A stretch of 64,000 bases of DNA, from NCBI GenBank assembly GCA_003427395.1, contig BFEA01000007.1:6058237-6122236 (forward strand), given 5' to 3'. The translations under genes were made by a program, and so were the position numbers. Shown piece after piece: positions 26,966-40,608 of this stretch. Numbering within the stretch: the stretch's first letter is position 1; each line of letters opens with the position of its first letter. The notes under the pieces are model-generated. The model worked only from the letters and a program-made list of their open reading frames with translations. It was not told the DNA's origin and did no database searches. The stretch comes from Chara braunii (Eukaryota; Plantae; Charophyceae).

Positions 26966-29776
26966 CTTCTTCAGAATGAATGGGTTGATAAAATGCATGC
27001 AACAGACATCAGAGCAGCAGGCAACAAACATGCAGAGCCCCCAACCCAGTACATATCAGGTGACATACATTCAGCATACAGCAGGCAATATACATGCAGT
27101 GCCCCCAACGCCCAGACACCCCCCCAACCAGCCCCCCCCCCCCCCTAAACCAACCCCCCCCCCCCCCCGCCCCCCCAAAAAAAAACAAAAAAAAACAGAA
27201 TGTTATTGCAGATTCGGGGTCCCAGAACGACCCCGGTTTTAAAAAAATAAAAAAATAAAAATCTGGGTGTTTTTTTGGCCTGCTTCCCTCTCAGATTTCG
27301 TTCGTAACTTGAGATAATCTGGGAAAGAGTCTTCCTTAGTTCTTCTCTTGTAAAGCACCGATCTTCTTTAGGATCAGTATGATGCCTGAACCGCACTCGA
27401 TACTGCATCTGTGGTTTCGGGGGGCGTCGCCTTCCTGGAGGCTTGGGCACAAGCATCAGCTTGTGCTCAGCGATATCGTCAATGTCCACATGTCCGTCCA
27501 TGGCTGGGGGCAGCATCGATCATCTGGAGGGAAATCGTTCAGTTTCTGCGAAAGGTGCGAATTTGGAGGCATGAAAAACAGGGTGTGTGCGAAGGTGACC
27601 AGGGATGTGAATGACATATGGGCCATCTGGTTGATCTCCCACTATATCAAGAATTTCCCAGGGTCAAAAGTACTGTGGCATTAATTTACGGGAAATTCCC
27701 AACCCTCTCCCAACTCAGATGACTTTACCCAGACTCGTTCACCTGCCCTAAATGCAGACTGTCTTCTGAGTTTGTTCTCAGATGCAACCATGGCATCTTG
27801 AGTTTTCTTGATGTGCGCTACAGCTTGCTGCAACATTTGTTCATACTTGACAGCAAACTTTATGCTTCCAGGTGCTGCAGTTGGCTGATTTTCAGTTAAC
27901 AGAAAGTCAAGAGCACATCTGGGCTTCCAACCAAGATGCAGTTGGTTGGGGGTCTTATCGGTACTGCTGTGCACAACATTGTTATACAGGCTGGCGATGA
28001 GAGGTAACTTCTCATCCCAGTTATCTTAACTTGGCCTAATATAATGCCGAAGCAAGTGCTGTAGTACTCAGTTCATCTGCTCGACATGTCTGTTTGACTC
28101 AGGGTGTTCCCTGATGTCATTTGCATTCGGGTGCCCATCATCTGTTCGGCTGTACTTTTGCCCATCTGTTCGGCTGCACTTTGCCACAGTTCGCTAGTGA
28201 ATCTGACATCCCTGTTACTCACAATGGACTTAGGTATACTGAAGTCATGTGCCCAGTTGTCCATGAATAGCTTGATGACGTGGTCAGTCCTACTTACTGA
28301 ACCTGTCCACAATGACGAAGATGTGTCTCTTACTGCTCTTGCTGGTCACAAGAGTATCCATGAAGTCCATGGAAGCACTTTGACCAGGTTCAGCAGGGAT
28401 AGGCAAGGGCTTGATAAGCCCAAGTGGTGCCTGCGTCCTTGGCTTGTCACGTTGACAAACTTGGCAAGTCTCGACATATGTTTTTGCATCATCCATCATT
28501 GAGGTCCACGAAAATTTTTGCACTAAATTTGCTTGTCTTTTCATACCCAAAATGTTCGGTTGCATCGTGACACTCTCCTAAAAATAGAATGGGCAAAAAC
28601 TCTTTATTTGGAACAGACAATTGTTTATTCCATCCTTGTTAAGGAATAGTAAGCCGTCAATCAGTAGAAACTCATCGGAAGTAGCCTTGTCTTTAGCTTC
28701 CAGTTTCTGAATGATCTCAGACATGACCCCGTACTTTTGATAGGCTTCCACCATAGATCCAGTAACATTTTCAGAAATTCCAAACTGAGTCACTAGCGCG
28801 TCCAGATAGTCTGCCCTTTGCGCTAGTTCGTCAACCATTTTGTTGTACTCTCCCTTTAGAGGGTCAAGCTTGAAGTCATACATGTCTATGACTTCAATCC
28901 ACCTCTCGAGTGCGTCGGAGAGCACGGGCTGTGTCTTAACCCAGCGCAGCGTCTCATGTTCAGATCTCATATAATGGAATCTGCCTAGGAGGTAGTGCCT
29001 CCAATGGACCCGCGCTCTCTAAAGGGCATAGCGCTCACGCTTATAAGTGGCATCGTTTTGCTCATGTACTTGATTGACCTCAACTCTTTCCCCTCCTTAT
29101 GCGCAAGGACCGCACTTATGCCATATTGGTTGGAGTCTATGGTCACAACAAAGGGTTGTTCAAGATCTGGAGGACTTCATAGTGCGTCAGGGCATACTTC
29201 AATCTCTTGAAGGCTGCCTCACACTCTTCAGTTCACTCCCAAGGGGTGTTAAGGAACACGAGGTTCGTTAGAGGAGAGGCTATCGTGCTGTATTTTTTTC
29301 ACAAATGGGCGATAGTAGCCTGTCATGCCCAAGAACGACCTCAGTTTCACCTCAATCACAAACTGAGGTCTAGGCCAGTCGCATATGCTGGCCACTTTAG
29401 CATCATCCAACCTAAAACGATCCGGGGAAATCTCATGACCCAGATACAAGATCTTGGTACGACAAAATTCGCATTTCTCCATGTTAGCTTTGTACTGGTG
29501 CTGTCTTAGGAGCCCTAAGACTGTTTTCACGTGCTCGACATGCTCCTCTACAATTTTACTAAAGATAGGATATCGTCGAGGGACACGACGATAAACTTGT
29601 CTAAGTACTCCTAAAAGATCTGATTCATTGCGTGCTGGAACATCCTAGGAGTGTTGCATAAGCCAAACAACATCACCACAAACTCGTCCAGACGGTACGT
29701 GGTCTGAAAGGCGGTTTTGTGCTGGTTTTCGGGTCTAATAGCAATTTGAAGGTATTCGGAATTCAAATCTATCCAA

Positions 29777-30828
29777 ACTTTTGGCTCTTCGTGAATTCAT
29801 GGAAGATATGGGCGTCATCGGTAGACGCTGGGTAGAGCCCCGACGGAGGTGCGAAGGTCGTTTGTTTCGAAAACGAGAAGGAACAACCACCGAACACAAG
29901 AAAAAGAAAAAATCACTTCTCACGAGAAAAAAAAGCAGGAAAAAAAATGAAAAGGTTTGTCCTCTGCGCAGGTGGTATCCCGTATTTGAAACGAGAACGA
30001 AAACAGAACTTATGCATCCCGTGTTTCCAACGAGAATGTATCTTCCTCCAGAATGTCGACAAATACAACGAAGATTACATGGCTTTGCACAGGGACAACA
30101 TGCATAAATCGAGAAATGATTTAAGGGGGGGGTAAGGCCACTCACCATCATTTTTGTCTTTTCTGCACGTGGACCTTTGCTCTGACAAGGTGCGCTATCC
30201 GCATGTGCCAAAAATTCGTGGAGGGCCATACCTACCAACACTACATCTTATTATGCCTGTATCGGACCGGAGATACCGTCTGCGTACACTCGACACCAAA
30301 AGACTTCCAGAGAGACTGTCGGGGAAGTGCCTGACTGAGGGCATAGTAGCATTAGTATTGCTAGAATGTATCCGACGACAAACATGCCCAAATCGTTTTT
30401 TTTTTTTTTTTGTGGCCTCGCCAGCAAGTCAGGGCACTTTTCACGTTCATCGGAAAGGCTGTCACCGAGGGTGTATTCTCACTCGCACTCTCAAGAATGA
30501 ATCTGATCGCACTCAGGGCCTAATCTTCACTTTCTTTTTTTTTTTCGTTCCTTTTGTTTTTTTCCTTGTATTACACATGCTTGGTCGCCCGACGTTGAAG
30601 AGAAGTTAGGGATTAGAAAAAAAAAACAAAAAGAAAGAAAAGATGAGAAGAAGAGAAGGGAAAAAAAAAGCCGTTCTTGGTAGATGTACCGGTAACCTGA
30701 CGTTGAAGGAGCAATCGACAATTGTATATTTGCTTTTCACCAACTGCCTCCTATCGAAATAGAGAGGTTGGGTATCTCAAAAAAAAAAAAAAAAGGTTTG
30801 GAGGATTGCTGCGGAAGGTACTACTGGT
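29777..30828. mobile_element. Insertion in G3 RT ending in an ACC-family TIR plus TTAA; left end missing
   Basis: GCTGCGGAAGGTACTACTGGT|TTAA at 30828/30829-30832. RT resumes as RMCIDYTGLNAITVK on one side and an FSKxDL..YLQIAI-like motif on the other, with the PLPRIDDLL segment missing. Confidence 0.65.
30063..30118 (+). pseudogene. U6: Degenerate U6 snRNA 3'-half fragment
   Basis: ATACAACGAAGATTACATGGCTTTGCACAGGGACAACATGCATAAATCGAGAAATG aligns by eye to U6, including a 17-nt exact match GCATAAATCGAGAAATG to plant U6. Confidence 0.75.
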
Positions 30829-33800
30829 TTAACGGTGATGGCATTGAGGCCCGTATAATCAATGCACATCCTTAGGGTCCCCCCTGTAGGGGGACGTACT
30901 TGGTCGAATCCAGCCCTTCTCTTTGAGTTCCTTGAGCTAGCGGCGAAGCTCATCTAGCTCCCAGGAGATATTATATAGATTTGCCCTCTAGGTACTGTGC
31001 CATTGGAGACGACTTCTATCGTACGGACAATCTCTCTTTCCGCCACACCCCTAGGCTCCTTGAAAAGGTTTGAATACTGTGCAACGATTGCTTCTTTGGG
31101 GGCGATCTTACAGCCTCCCCTTTCTCAGAGACAAATACTAAGTACATACCTTCTTCGCTTTTCTGCTTGTAGTTATAGAAAGATGAGGCGCACATGCAAC
31201 CGTAGTTGTCCACTAATCTGCTAACCTTAAACTTCTGCAGCCTAACGGTCCTTCCATCTAGTAACTTGTGGACCATTACCTTCCTATCCCAATAGAATTG
31301 AGGCTTATCAACCTCGAGGTAGTACATGCCTAGCAACCTCGAGGTAGAACATGCCTAACATGTCGAATGGCAGCTCGTCGCTAATAAGGAACGGGATTTT
31401 ATGTCTTAGTTCCCCTCCTCCATTGGAGGTGCAGAGTACATCCTTTACTACCACAAAGTGCTTGTTGGCTAAGGTAGATGCTACAGATCTGCTAAGCTGT
31501 TGCACTTGGTCCCCTAAGCGCAGCCTATCCACACAGGCATGGCTGATGAAGTTTCGCGTAGAACCTATGCCTGCGAAGGTTCCAACCTTTCGGCCACCTA
31601 CATTGACTTCTATTACAAAATGTTCACCCTTTGGACCTTTGTTCAACATCGCTGAAGAGTCTCTAGGGTCTATCTCTAACAACTCAGTTTCTAACTCCTG
31701 TAAGGACGCAGACACACATCCATCGAACAAAGCATCGATTGGTTTAGATCTGTCTGTAGGGCGATCAATGGGTCAATAGCCTTGGCCATTGTCTGAAATG
31801 GAGAAGGTAAGGTTACCACTTCGGCACGAGTAAGAGCATCTAACACTCCTACTGGCCCGAGGTGTTTCCCTACAAAGTGCTCGCAGAAGCACCACCAGAG
31901 TTAGAAGATCGCACCGTCACTATGGAGATGCAACCTTCGTAGCGACTCACTTACTCTTGCACTTGACCATTGTATGCCCATACTGGCCACAATTGAGGCA
32001 AGCACCTCGAGCAGCACGGTCTTGCCACACCTAGTACTCTATTCCAAGCTTTACCTATATGGGTGCTCCTTGGTCATATTGACCATCGGGCCGACCTGCT
32101 TTCTGCTTCCCGACCCCCTTAGCCTTTTCCCTGACAGGAGCGACGACTCCACCATTTGAAGTGTCTACACTCCTATTTGACTTTGGCTCTTCCCCAAGGT
32201 TAGAGAAGTTGTGGATCTCAATCGCTTGACCATCGTGGTTGACGAACATGAGGTTGCCCTTCTTTCTCCAGTCCTGAGGAAGCTTCTTCTTCCTTTCATC
32301 TTTGGGTCCCCTATTGGGCACTCCCAAGCTTAGCCTCTGTGTCTAAGGCCTTCTTGTTGAACGAGGCGAAGTTATGTACATCTACGGAGGCCTCAGTGAC
32401 CAACTTATTTTTGACATCTGTGGGCAGACATCGCAAATAAGTTGTTAAGAGGACCTGCGGATCGTACGACACACCAGAAACAACAATCAGTCGTTCTACG
32501 GTGTCTGTAACGTCGCGAACTATTCGGTATCTAGCTAGCGAATCGGTGGCCTTTTGAGGCCCCTGGGGGTCATGCCACCTCTTATAGACCATCCATACAA
32601 ACTCTTCCAATGTTCGAGCCTGTGCCCAGCCTTCGAAGTTCTTACCGTATCCTTGCTGCTGTACTATTCTGTTCAGCCATGTGGGTGCAGATCCTTCTAA
32701 AATGGATGCAGCGACTATGACTTCTTCCTTGGTCCTTGTGAGCTTATGCCTCACGTACGTGGGCATAGCTCTCACCCAGGTATCCAGATCCTCTTCTTGT
32801 CGTTAGAGAAGGGTTTAGGACTCAACAAGGGCATCTTGGGGGTCCACTGCATGTGTTGTATAACACCCTGTGTCCAGGCGGTATCCCGCGAGCTTGCAGT
32901 GGACCGCCAAGATAACCTTGTTGAGTCCTAAACCCTTCTCTAGCGGGGTACACTGCAAGGCGGCGGGGTATCTCTAGGGTTGTATACTGCAAGGCGGCAG
33001 GGCGGCGGGGTCTTGGTTGTACACTGCATGGGTTGTATACCGCAAGGCGGCGGGGTATCTTGGCGGGCTATCTTGGTTGTACACTGCATGGGTTGTATAC
33101 CGCAAGGCGGCGGGGTCCACTACAAGGCGGCGTCACTGCATTGACTGTGAAACCAATGGAACAGTTTGTTGCTGCGCTCAGGCGACGTCCTACCAGCTCC
33201 AGACCTGTCTCACCACTACGCAGTCTAATAGACAGTGTTCCAAGGTAGCTCTTTTTTGTGGTGTGGAATTGGTGCAGTACATGCACAGTGGGGAGAGCTG
33301 TCCTTTTGCCTCTAAGTCGGTTCTTGTTGTTAGCCAATCTGGAGTTGGCAGGTGTCTATGTATGATCTGCCATCGCAGTGCTCTGTGATTAGTCGACTTG
33401 ATGTGTGAAAAGGAGGTCCATTTGAAGTGTTGGAAGTCCCGCTTGTCCAGGGGAGAGTCTCTTTCCCAACGATGGATGATTTGTTGTGTCACTTGCACTC
33501 GTTTTCGGTCTATCCTACAACCGATCTTAACAATGTATTGCCACAGGGCCATTGTCTGAGACTCACCCCATGACCATTTTCACTCTGCAGGGTCGAATGG
33601 TAGGTCGTTGAGGGGGATGGATGGCTCATAGAGATAGTCCATCCTACTACTCTGATTCTAGTGAGCCTGGATGTCGGGCGTTGTATGTCCATGTCTTATT
33701 GTCTATGTATTGCAAACCAGTGTTCCTCGGAGAAAGTCAGGCAGTGGGCGTGTAGTACTGTGTTCCCATTTTTGTTGCTCTGCACCTCATACACCGCCAT

Positions 33801-34859
33801 GGGGATGGGCATAGATTGTGTGAGCACCACCCAATTTTTTGGTTGTATCGTCGGACCCGTTTTAAGGGCTTGAATCCAAGCCAAAGGGTTGGCTTCTTGT
33901 AGCTCCATCATGCAAGCGGCCATATTTTTTAAGGGGCCCGAGAGGTTCTTCAGAGAGTGCTCAAATTTTGACTTCCTTGCCTGGCCATCCCAGAGGTGGC
34001 CCACTGTGCATACCCCTTTTTGGACCCACTGCCTCCATTTGGAGGTCCCTTGAAGGGAGAAGGGGTTGCCTGTTTTGTCTGTGATGTTCGGGTGTTCGAA
34101 AAGTGGTTGGTGACCCACTACCCATCTGGGCGATGTGGGGGTGCGGTGCGGCCCTCTTTCTCTCCATAGTTTAACCATTGCTGCCCCTAACGGGTCGACT
34201 TGACGGTCCTCTTTTGCCCTTCCTTCCGATGAGTGGTCATCCACCCTTCGTGAGCCCACGAACAAGGATCAGCTCAACCATTGCAATGGGTGAACTGGAT
34301 GGAGGGGAAGAGAGGGGGGTGCAATGCAGTGCAGTTGGATGCAGGTGTACGGGGCCCACAGGATGTTGTTCCCCAAAAGGAGGCGAATTAAAAATTTGAA
34401 AAGAAGCGCCTTGATCTCTTTTTCGGGGTCAATTATTCCTAGGCCACCTTGTGTTGTGGGCTGCACAATGGTGTCCCACACCACCCTTTTTATGGATTGG
34501 GTGTGATTGTGGTTATTCTTCCAGAGGTACATCGTCGCGACCTGTTTCAACTTGGTAATCTGTTTTCTGTTGAGCTGTCAGAATGCCACCTTGTACCATA
34601 TGGATGCAAAGATGAAGTTATTAATTGCGAGCACTCTGCCTGCCAGAGAGATTGGTTTGCCATCCCAGTTAGAGGGCTTTCTGATTGCCAGGTCCACAAG
34701 TGAGTCACCGTGGTCTGGTGGCGGGCCCATCGCTGTGATATTTACACCTAGCATCTTTATTGCTGATTCTTTATTTTTTCAAGCCACTCGAGGATCAGCC
34801 GATGGGACCCCTCCCTGGGGGTCCAACCACCAGCCTTCCGTTTTCGTTCTCCAAACTTT

Positions 34860-37800
34860 TTTTTTTTTTTTTTTTTAACACATCCCCTGCAGTGCTAGTG
34901 GTACTAGTAGAAGCAGATACCACTAGCACCTGGGAAAGGCTCCATCTATTGGTGGGGAGCATCACGTGCTGGAAAACGGGTCCAGCGTCCCATATACGAA
35001 TTGAATCTGGAAGATCTGGAAAATACGAGGAAGGGAGGTTAAGGAAATCTTGCCAGCATGGATTACTTTGGAATCCAGAGGATTGACTGTGCAGGTTTTA
35101 AGAAAAAGGTTTTAAGAAAAGTAGCCCCCCCAAACTCCTACTCAGATGTTATTATCCAGTATCCTTGCCTGCCAGCATACAAGGGTAAGCATTTGATAAT
35201 CATTTCCCTGGGGCCACCGGGAGAAAAGTATTGCAGAGACATCTCTTCAGCCCTGATCCGGCCGCCAGATTGAGCACCTCTCCTTGATGCGACTGCATTG
35301 CCTACTCTAAATCTGAAGGATTTCACCCATTGCACAAACTTGCAGTCGAAGCTGTTGCAGAACCTTTTGCTACCTTGGGGGGCACCGGGGGTGATTCTTG
35401 ACCGATGGGCAGGGGGGTTTTCAGAAAGGGGCCTCGACTAAGGAAAGCAGGTGGGGGGAAGGGGTCCGGGAAATCAGAAGGGTGTCTCATAGGGAATGAG
35501 GGCTCAAAATTAGTCCAATCATTAAACACCAGGCGTTAATCCTTGGGGTGGGCCTGTTCCGCCTTGGTCTGTCCTCTTGGTTGATCCCCTCCCCACTGTA
35601 CCCTAGCTACCCATCCCCCCCTGTCCCCCTCAAGCCAGTCCGTGCAAAAGGCCGTGAGGGCCGGCTTAATATCCCGGTCCGTTTGAAAGGTATCCATATG
35701 GTTTTTCAAGTCATACCATCTACGTAGCAATTCCAGTTGGATCTGTTCCTTGATTTGTTCTATGTCCCCCCCAAGCCAGTCTGTGCAAAAGGCCATGAGG
35801 GCCCGCTTAATATCCCGGTCCGTTCGAAAGGTATCCATCTGGTTTCTCAAGTCATACCATCTACGTAGCAATTCTAGTTGGATCTGTTCCTTGATTTGTT
35901 CTATGAACTCCCCCTCCATCACTAACTTTTTCCATATTGAGAAGGCAACGCTGCCACCTCAGGGCCCAAAGGACTGTTTTTCTTCCAAGACTGAACCAGT
36001 TTCCTGTATAGGAGGGTGCGGTAGCCATTTCAGGGCAGTGTCCAGTCAGGATTGCTCGCCAAGACCACGACCAGGGTGTGTTCGGCATCATCTTGCGCCA
36101 CAGTCTGTCCCACCAGCGCCACGTCAGTACGACCATTGGACACTGCATGAAGATGTGTTCGATGGTCTCGTTCCATTTTCGTGAGGGGAAGACCGTGAGG
36201 CACCGTTGACACCAAGGTAGTGCAACACCTTTTTGCTTTAGATGAGTGTGGTCAATTAACCAAGCGTTTGTGGGGAGGCAGCGGTGGGCGATCTGCCATT
36301 GTAATGAAGTAATTTTGGACGACCGGGCTTTGTTTTCGCTGAACCATTTGATGGGCGTGACGAGGGCCCGGTCCACGTTAAGATATCTGGCCCACCTGTC
36401 GTTTATCTGATCTCTCAGTTGCCTCTTTAAGCGGAGCATCCTGTATGTGGTTTTGACTGACAAATCTTGAAGGTAGATCTTCTTGGTTGGCCCAGTTGTA
36501 GGTTCGCCTGCAGGCCTGGTTGTTGGTCCGCCTGCAGTCCCAGTCTTTGGTCCGCCTGCAGTCCGAGTCTTTGGTCCGCCTGCAGGCCCAGTCTTCGGTA
36601 TCCTGGCAGGCTGCCATTTCCATTCTGAGGGGTCCAAAGCCAACTCTTGAACGGGGGACTGAGGCTGAAACACAAAAGTCAGTGTCATTTCCTAGCACAC
36701 ATACACGAAAGACCTCCTCCCTCTCCCTCCATTCGAAAGGGTTGCAAGAACCCCTCAGCTGGTTTGTCGGCCTAAATGAATAGTATTCCACTAGTACGTA
36801 TGTGTGTCGAAGTTGGTGGATTCTGCCAATCCTGTGCAGCTCCCCTCGCAGGCCAACCCAATCGCCCTTCTGGAGGGTAGGACCCTGTCGCAGTATTTTG
36901 TACCATGCAAGTGGGATGGCGCCAGTGATCATGTCCAAGCGATTGTCTATGTGGTGGCAGTACTTGAGATCGTCCCGCAGTTGCACTGTCGACTTCCGGT
37001 CTTTTCTTTCCAGATCCCATAGTTGTCCCACCCGCATGATCCCATGCTGCACCCACCCCTTCCACGGTGATGCTGAACTGCAAAGCACTTGCCATGAGTG
37101 GGGTGTAATCCACCGGTTTCCAAGAAGTGGTTGTCGGGCCACCTCCTCCCATCGTTCGGGTGCTTGCTTTTCAGGGAGGGGCAGTTGACGCCAGCATTTT
37201 AGTAAGGACGGCCAGAAATGTTCCATTGGTGGCCTTGAATTTTTGGAGGGATTGACCAGTACCTGTCTTCTAGCCATGTAAGCGGGTGGACTCCACTTGG
37301 GGCCGGCAAGGCCAAAAGGGCTATATGTTCCAGTGCCAGATCCCCCCATTTTTCGAGGGATTGACTAGTACCTGTCTTTTAGCCATGTAAGCGGGTGGAC
37401 TCCACTTGGGGCCGGTGGGGCCAAACGGGCTATATTTTCCAGGGCCAGATCCCGCCAGGGGCAGCGGGTGGAAAAAATCAGTTTCTTGATCCATTGGAGG
37501 CGGAGGGCTCGTTCTTGCGTTTGGAGATCAATGATACCCAAGCCTCCCCCCTTCTTTGGTTGAGTCACCGAATCCCATGCCACTAGGTTGAGCACATTTG
37601 CTCGCTTGTCGTCGCCAGGCCACAAAAAAGCTGCCACCCTGGCCCTAAGAGTCTGATATGCAGCCTTGCATAGTGGTTAGAGTACCGATAGTACCACAAT
37701 GTGGCAAAAACTACGTTGTTGATAGCTAGTGCTCGTCCCAAAAGCGAGGTGTGTTTGTTTCGCCACTTGGACATCTTGGCCAGGGTTGGTGCACTGATCC

Positions 37801-40608
37801 ATTCGTTATTTGACGGTGCGCGGTCGCACGCCGACATGGACATCCCCTCGACATGGGGGGCGACAGGGGGTCTCCCCCCTTGATGGTGGATCTACCACCC
37901 TTGGGTTTTACTTTCCTAATTCACGGCCATGTCCGAGACATTTGCAAAGCGTTTCATCAATTGTCTCACCTCTTCCATATTTTCTTGCGTGGCGTCGACC
38001 ATGATGGTTAGGTCGTCCGCGAACAGTGAGCACATTGGTATGGCTTCTTCCGGGATCCGAGATATGCTTATTCTGGACAAATCCTTATTTGCCCGCAGGT
38101 TGGCGAATAGAGCCTCGATAACGAGAAGAAAAAGAAAGGGTGCAATAGGATCTCCTTGTTGCACCGACCTTTCCAATTTTATTGGCGGGGTTAGGGACCC
38201 ACTGATCTGTACCCTTGTGGTGGCATTCTGGTGTAGTATCCTTGTCCAACGACGAAAGACCGGTCCGAAGCCCAATTTTTAGGCACTTGTCCAAAAAAAG
38301 CCAATCGACATAATCGTAGGCTTTTTGAAAATCGATGAAGATAAAGGCCGCGTTTGTCTTTGATTGATGAGTTAGCTGCACCATTTCGTGAATTAAAAGG
38401 ATGTTTTTGTGAATGTGTTTGTGTTGCATGAAGCCCGTCTGGGATGGGTGTATTAGCTCCTCTAGAATTGGGATCATTCGGTTCGCCAATCCTTTTACCA
38501 CCATCTTATAGGTAACAGTCAAAAGTGTGATGGGGCGGTAGTCTCGAATGTTCATCTTATGTCTTTTTTTGTAGAGGAGAGACAACACCCCTTGGCCAAT
38601 CAGTTCCCCTATATCTCCTGAATGTCGTACCCTATATCTCCTGAACGCCGTACTTCTGCGTAATAGTCCATTAGGTTCGAACTCAACTAGTTCCATGTTG
38701 TTTCCCAAAATTCCTTTGGGAGGTCATCTAGTCCAGCAGTTTTCTTGCGTGGCACAGTCGTTCATCTCTCTTCTTTTGAAAGGGGTGCCTCCAAGCTATC
38801 CCTTTGCTCCAGGGCGAGTGTTTTGGTCATAGGTTGCAAGAAGTCCTCAATCTGGCGCAGACGGGTTTCTTCCTCAGCGGCAAACAGATCTTTGAAAAAA
38901 TCACGGGCTATTTTGACGCAGCCAGCCATGGTGAGGATGGGGTTCTCCTTTGTCCTCTCCAGGTCGTACAAGGCTTCTACTACAGGGCGATTAGATCTGG
39001 TTTGGGCAAGCCCAAAGGATTTGGATAGATTCCCTCGGATTCTCGCACCTTGCCACCTATACTGAGCATGTTGGAAAAGTTTAGCTTTAAGCTTGTTGAT
39101 GGATTGTATATGCTGCTCTACCGTAAGCGGTTTGTGTTGCTGGTTCAATTCACGCTGTTCCAGCTCTTGGAGCTGCCGCATTAGGTTGATCTCATATTGG
39201 TGATGCTGTCTAGCGAATTGCTTAGAGAATTTGTTACATTTTTTGCCCAGAAAGAAGAGTCCATTGTTAAACCAGGTGACAGTAGAGTCTATTGCCGGGG
39301 GGCGCTCCCTCCAGTATGCCCATACCTGGTCCAAATACTGTTGGAATGCGGTGAGTCGAAGTAATGAAGTGTTTAGTTTATAGAAACCAGGCCCTTGGTG
39401 CGGTCTTTTCTTGAAGGTCAACGCCACCATGCACATCTTGTGATCCAAATCCGGGTATGGGCTACGGTGGAGGATGGCGGCCAAAGAGAGGCTTCCAACC
39501 ACTGCCTCCGATGCCAAAATCAAATCGATTCAAGACTTTGAGAGTCTGGCAGGATTGGTGTTACAGATACATGTGAAGGTGCGCTCGGTGGGGAATGTAC
39601 TGTGGAATGTGTCAAATAGTGAGAGTGAATTGCACAAGTAGTTGATCATGGCCTCATCCTCCTTTGCATTTCTTTCCATGGAGGGGGGGACTTGCCAATG
39701 GTCCAGCCAACGATCAGGGGCCGCATTGAAATCCCCTGTTAACATGGTTGCATCCCTGCCGACCGCCGACCCCGACCGCCGATCGTATTGCAGCCGACCA
39801 GTAGGGCCGACCGGTCGGCGGTCTGCCGACCAGTTAGAAAACAACCATCCACTATTTTTTTTTCAGATTTGAGTTGGAAGTTGTACTGCGCTTGCTGAGT
39901 ACAACCCAAATCCGCTGAGAAACTTTTGGGGAAGGGGTGGTTGGGGGTGGGGTGTATAGGCGGATATAGGGGCGTATAGGGGGTATTCGGGGGGGTTATG
40001 AGGGTGTTGGGGGGCGGGTTTGGGGGTTTGGGGGGGTATGGGGGGATTTGGGGGGGGTATGGGGGTGTTTGTGGGGTTATTAAGGGTTCTGGACCGAAAA
40101 AAAAAAAAAAAAGTTTTTTTGGGTGCTGACGACCCCAGATCGGTAGGTGCTGACCAGTCAGGGGTCGCCGACGGTCGGAGTGTGCAACACGGCCTGTTAA
40201 GATCATCGGGATACCTTGCGTGATCTTTGCCTGGATCCTGCAAAAAGCTCCTCCAACTCAGGAGCCGTATTTGGGGCGTAGATACAAAAGATACTGATTA
40301 CTTCTAATTCCAGCGCCCCCAAAATCGAAACCCATCGCCCTTCTTCTGTATCCTGTTGCGAGTGCAGCACCTCCAGCTAGGAGTCCGGTGGGATCCAGAT
40401 GGCTGTCCCAAATCTTGCGGGCCCAGGCGCATGGGCGAGGTAAGCTTCAAAGGGCCAAACCACTTTGTGGGCTCTATGGGGTTCGGGGATGTCCATCAGG
40501 TGGGTTTCTTGGATGCAGATCACGGTCGGCCAGGTGCGCCCCCCGACCCCTCGAAGCAGATCCCAGATCACCTGTGACTTATCGGGGTTAAGGGTGGCCA
40601 GCCCAGCT
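34860..40608 (-). mobile_element. L1/Tx1-like LINE B: nearly complete, frameshifted ORF2 with 3' UTR and poly(A), nested in LINE A
   Basis: CIQETH, LTGDFN, YRPITLL, DFQKAYD, QQGDPIAP, LFADD, CQRC...EHIFMQC; poly(T) at 34857-34876; candidate TSD AACTTT at 34854-34859 and 40609-40614. Confidence 0.92.
39743..40192. mobile_element. hAT-like MITE inside the LINE B endonuclease
   Basis: 8-bp TSD CCTGTTAA (39735-39742 and 40193-40200); imperfect TIRs CATGGTTGCA / TGCAACACGG; removing it restores MILTGDFNAAP. Confidence 0.9.

Larger units (their letters stand above)
27270..33130 (-). mobile_element. Decayed Ty3/gypsy chromovirus G3 (gag-PR-RT-RH-INT-chromodomain), RT interrupted by an insertion
   Basis: Gag at about 32055-32930; protease with degenerate GIGSTRNFI; RT split at about 29777-30828; RNase H; integrase CQVCQRDKPRTQAPLG and chromodomain paralogous to G2; tandem repeats in the leader at 32940-33130. 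Confidence 0.9.

Noticed and set aside
26306-27148. 280-aa Ser/Pro/His-rich ORF
   Set aside because: Translation of (CCAT)n/(CTT)n low-complexity DNA
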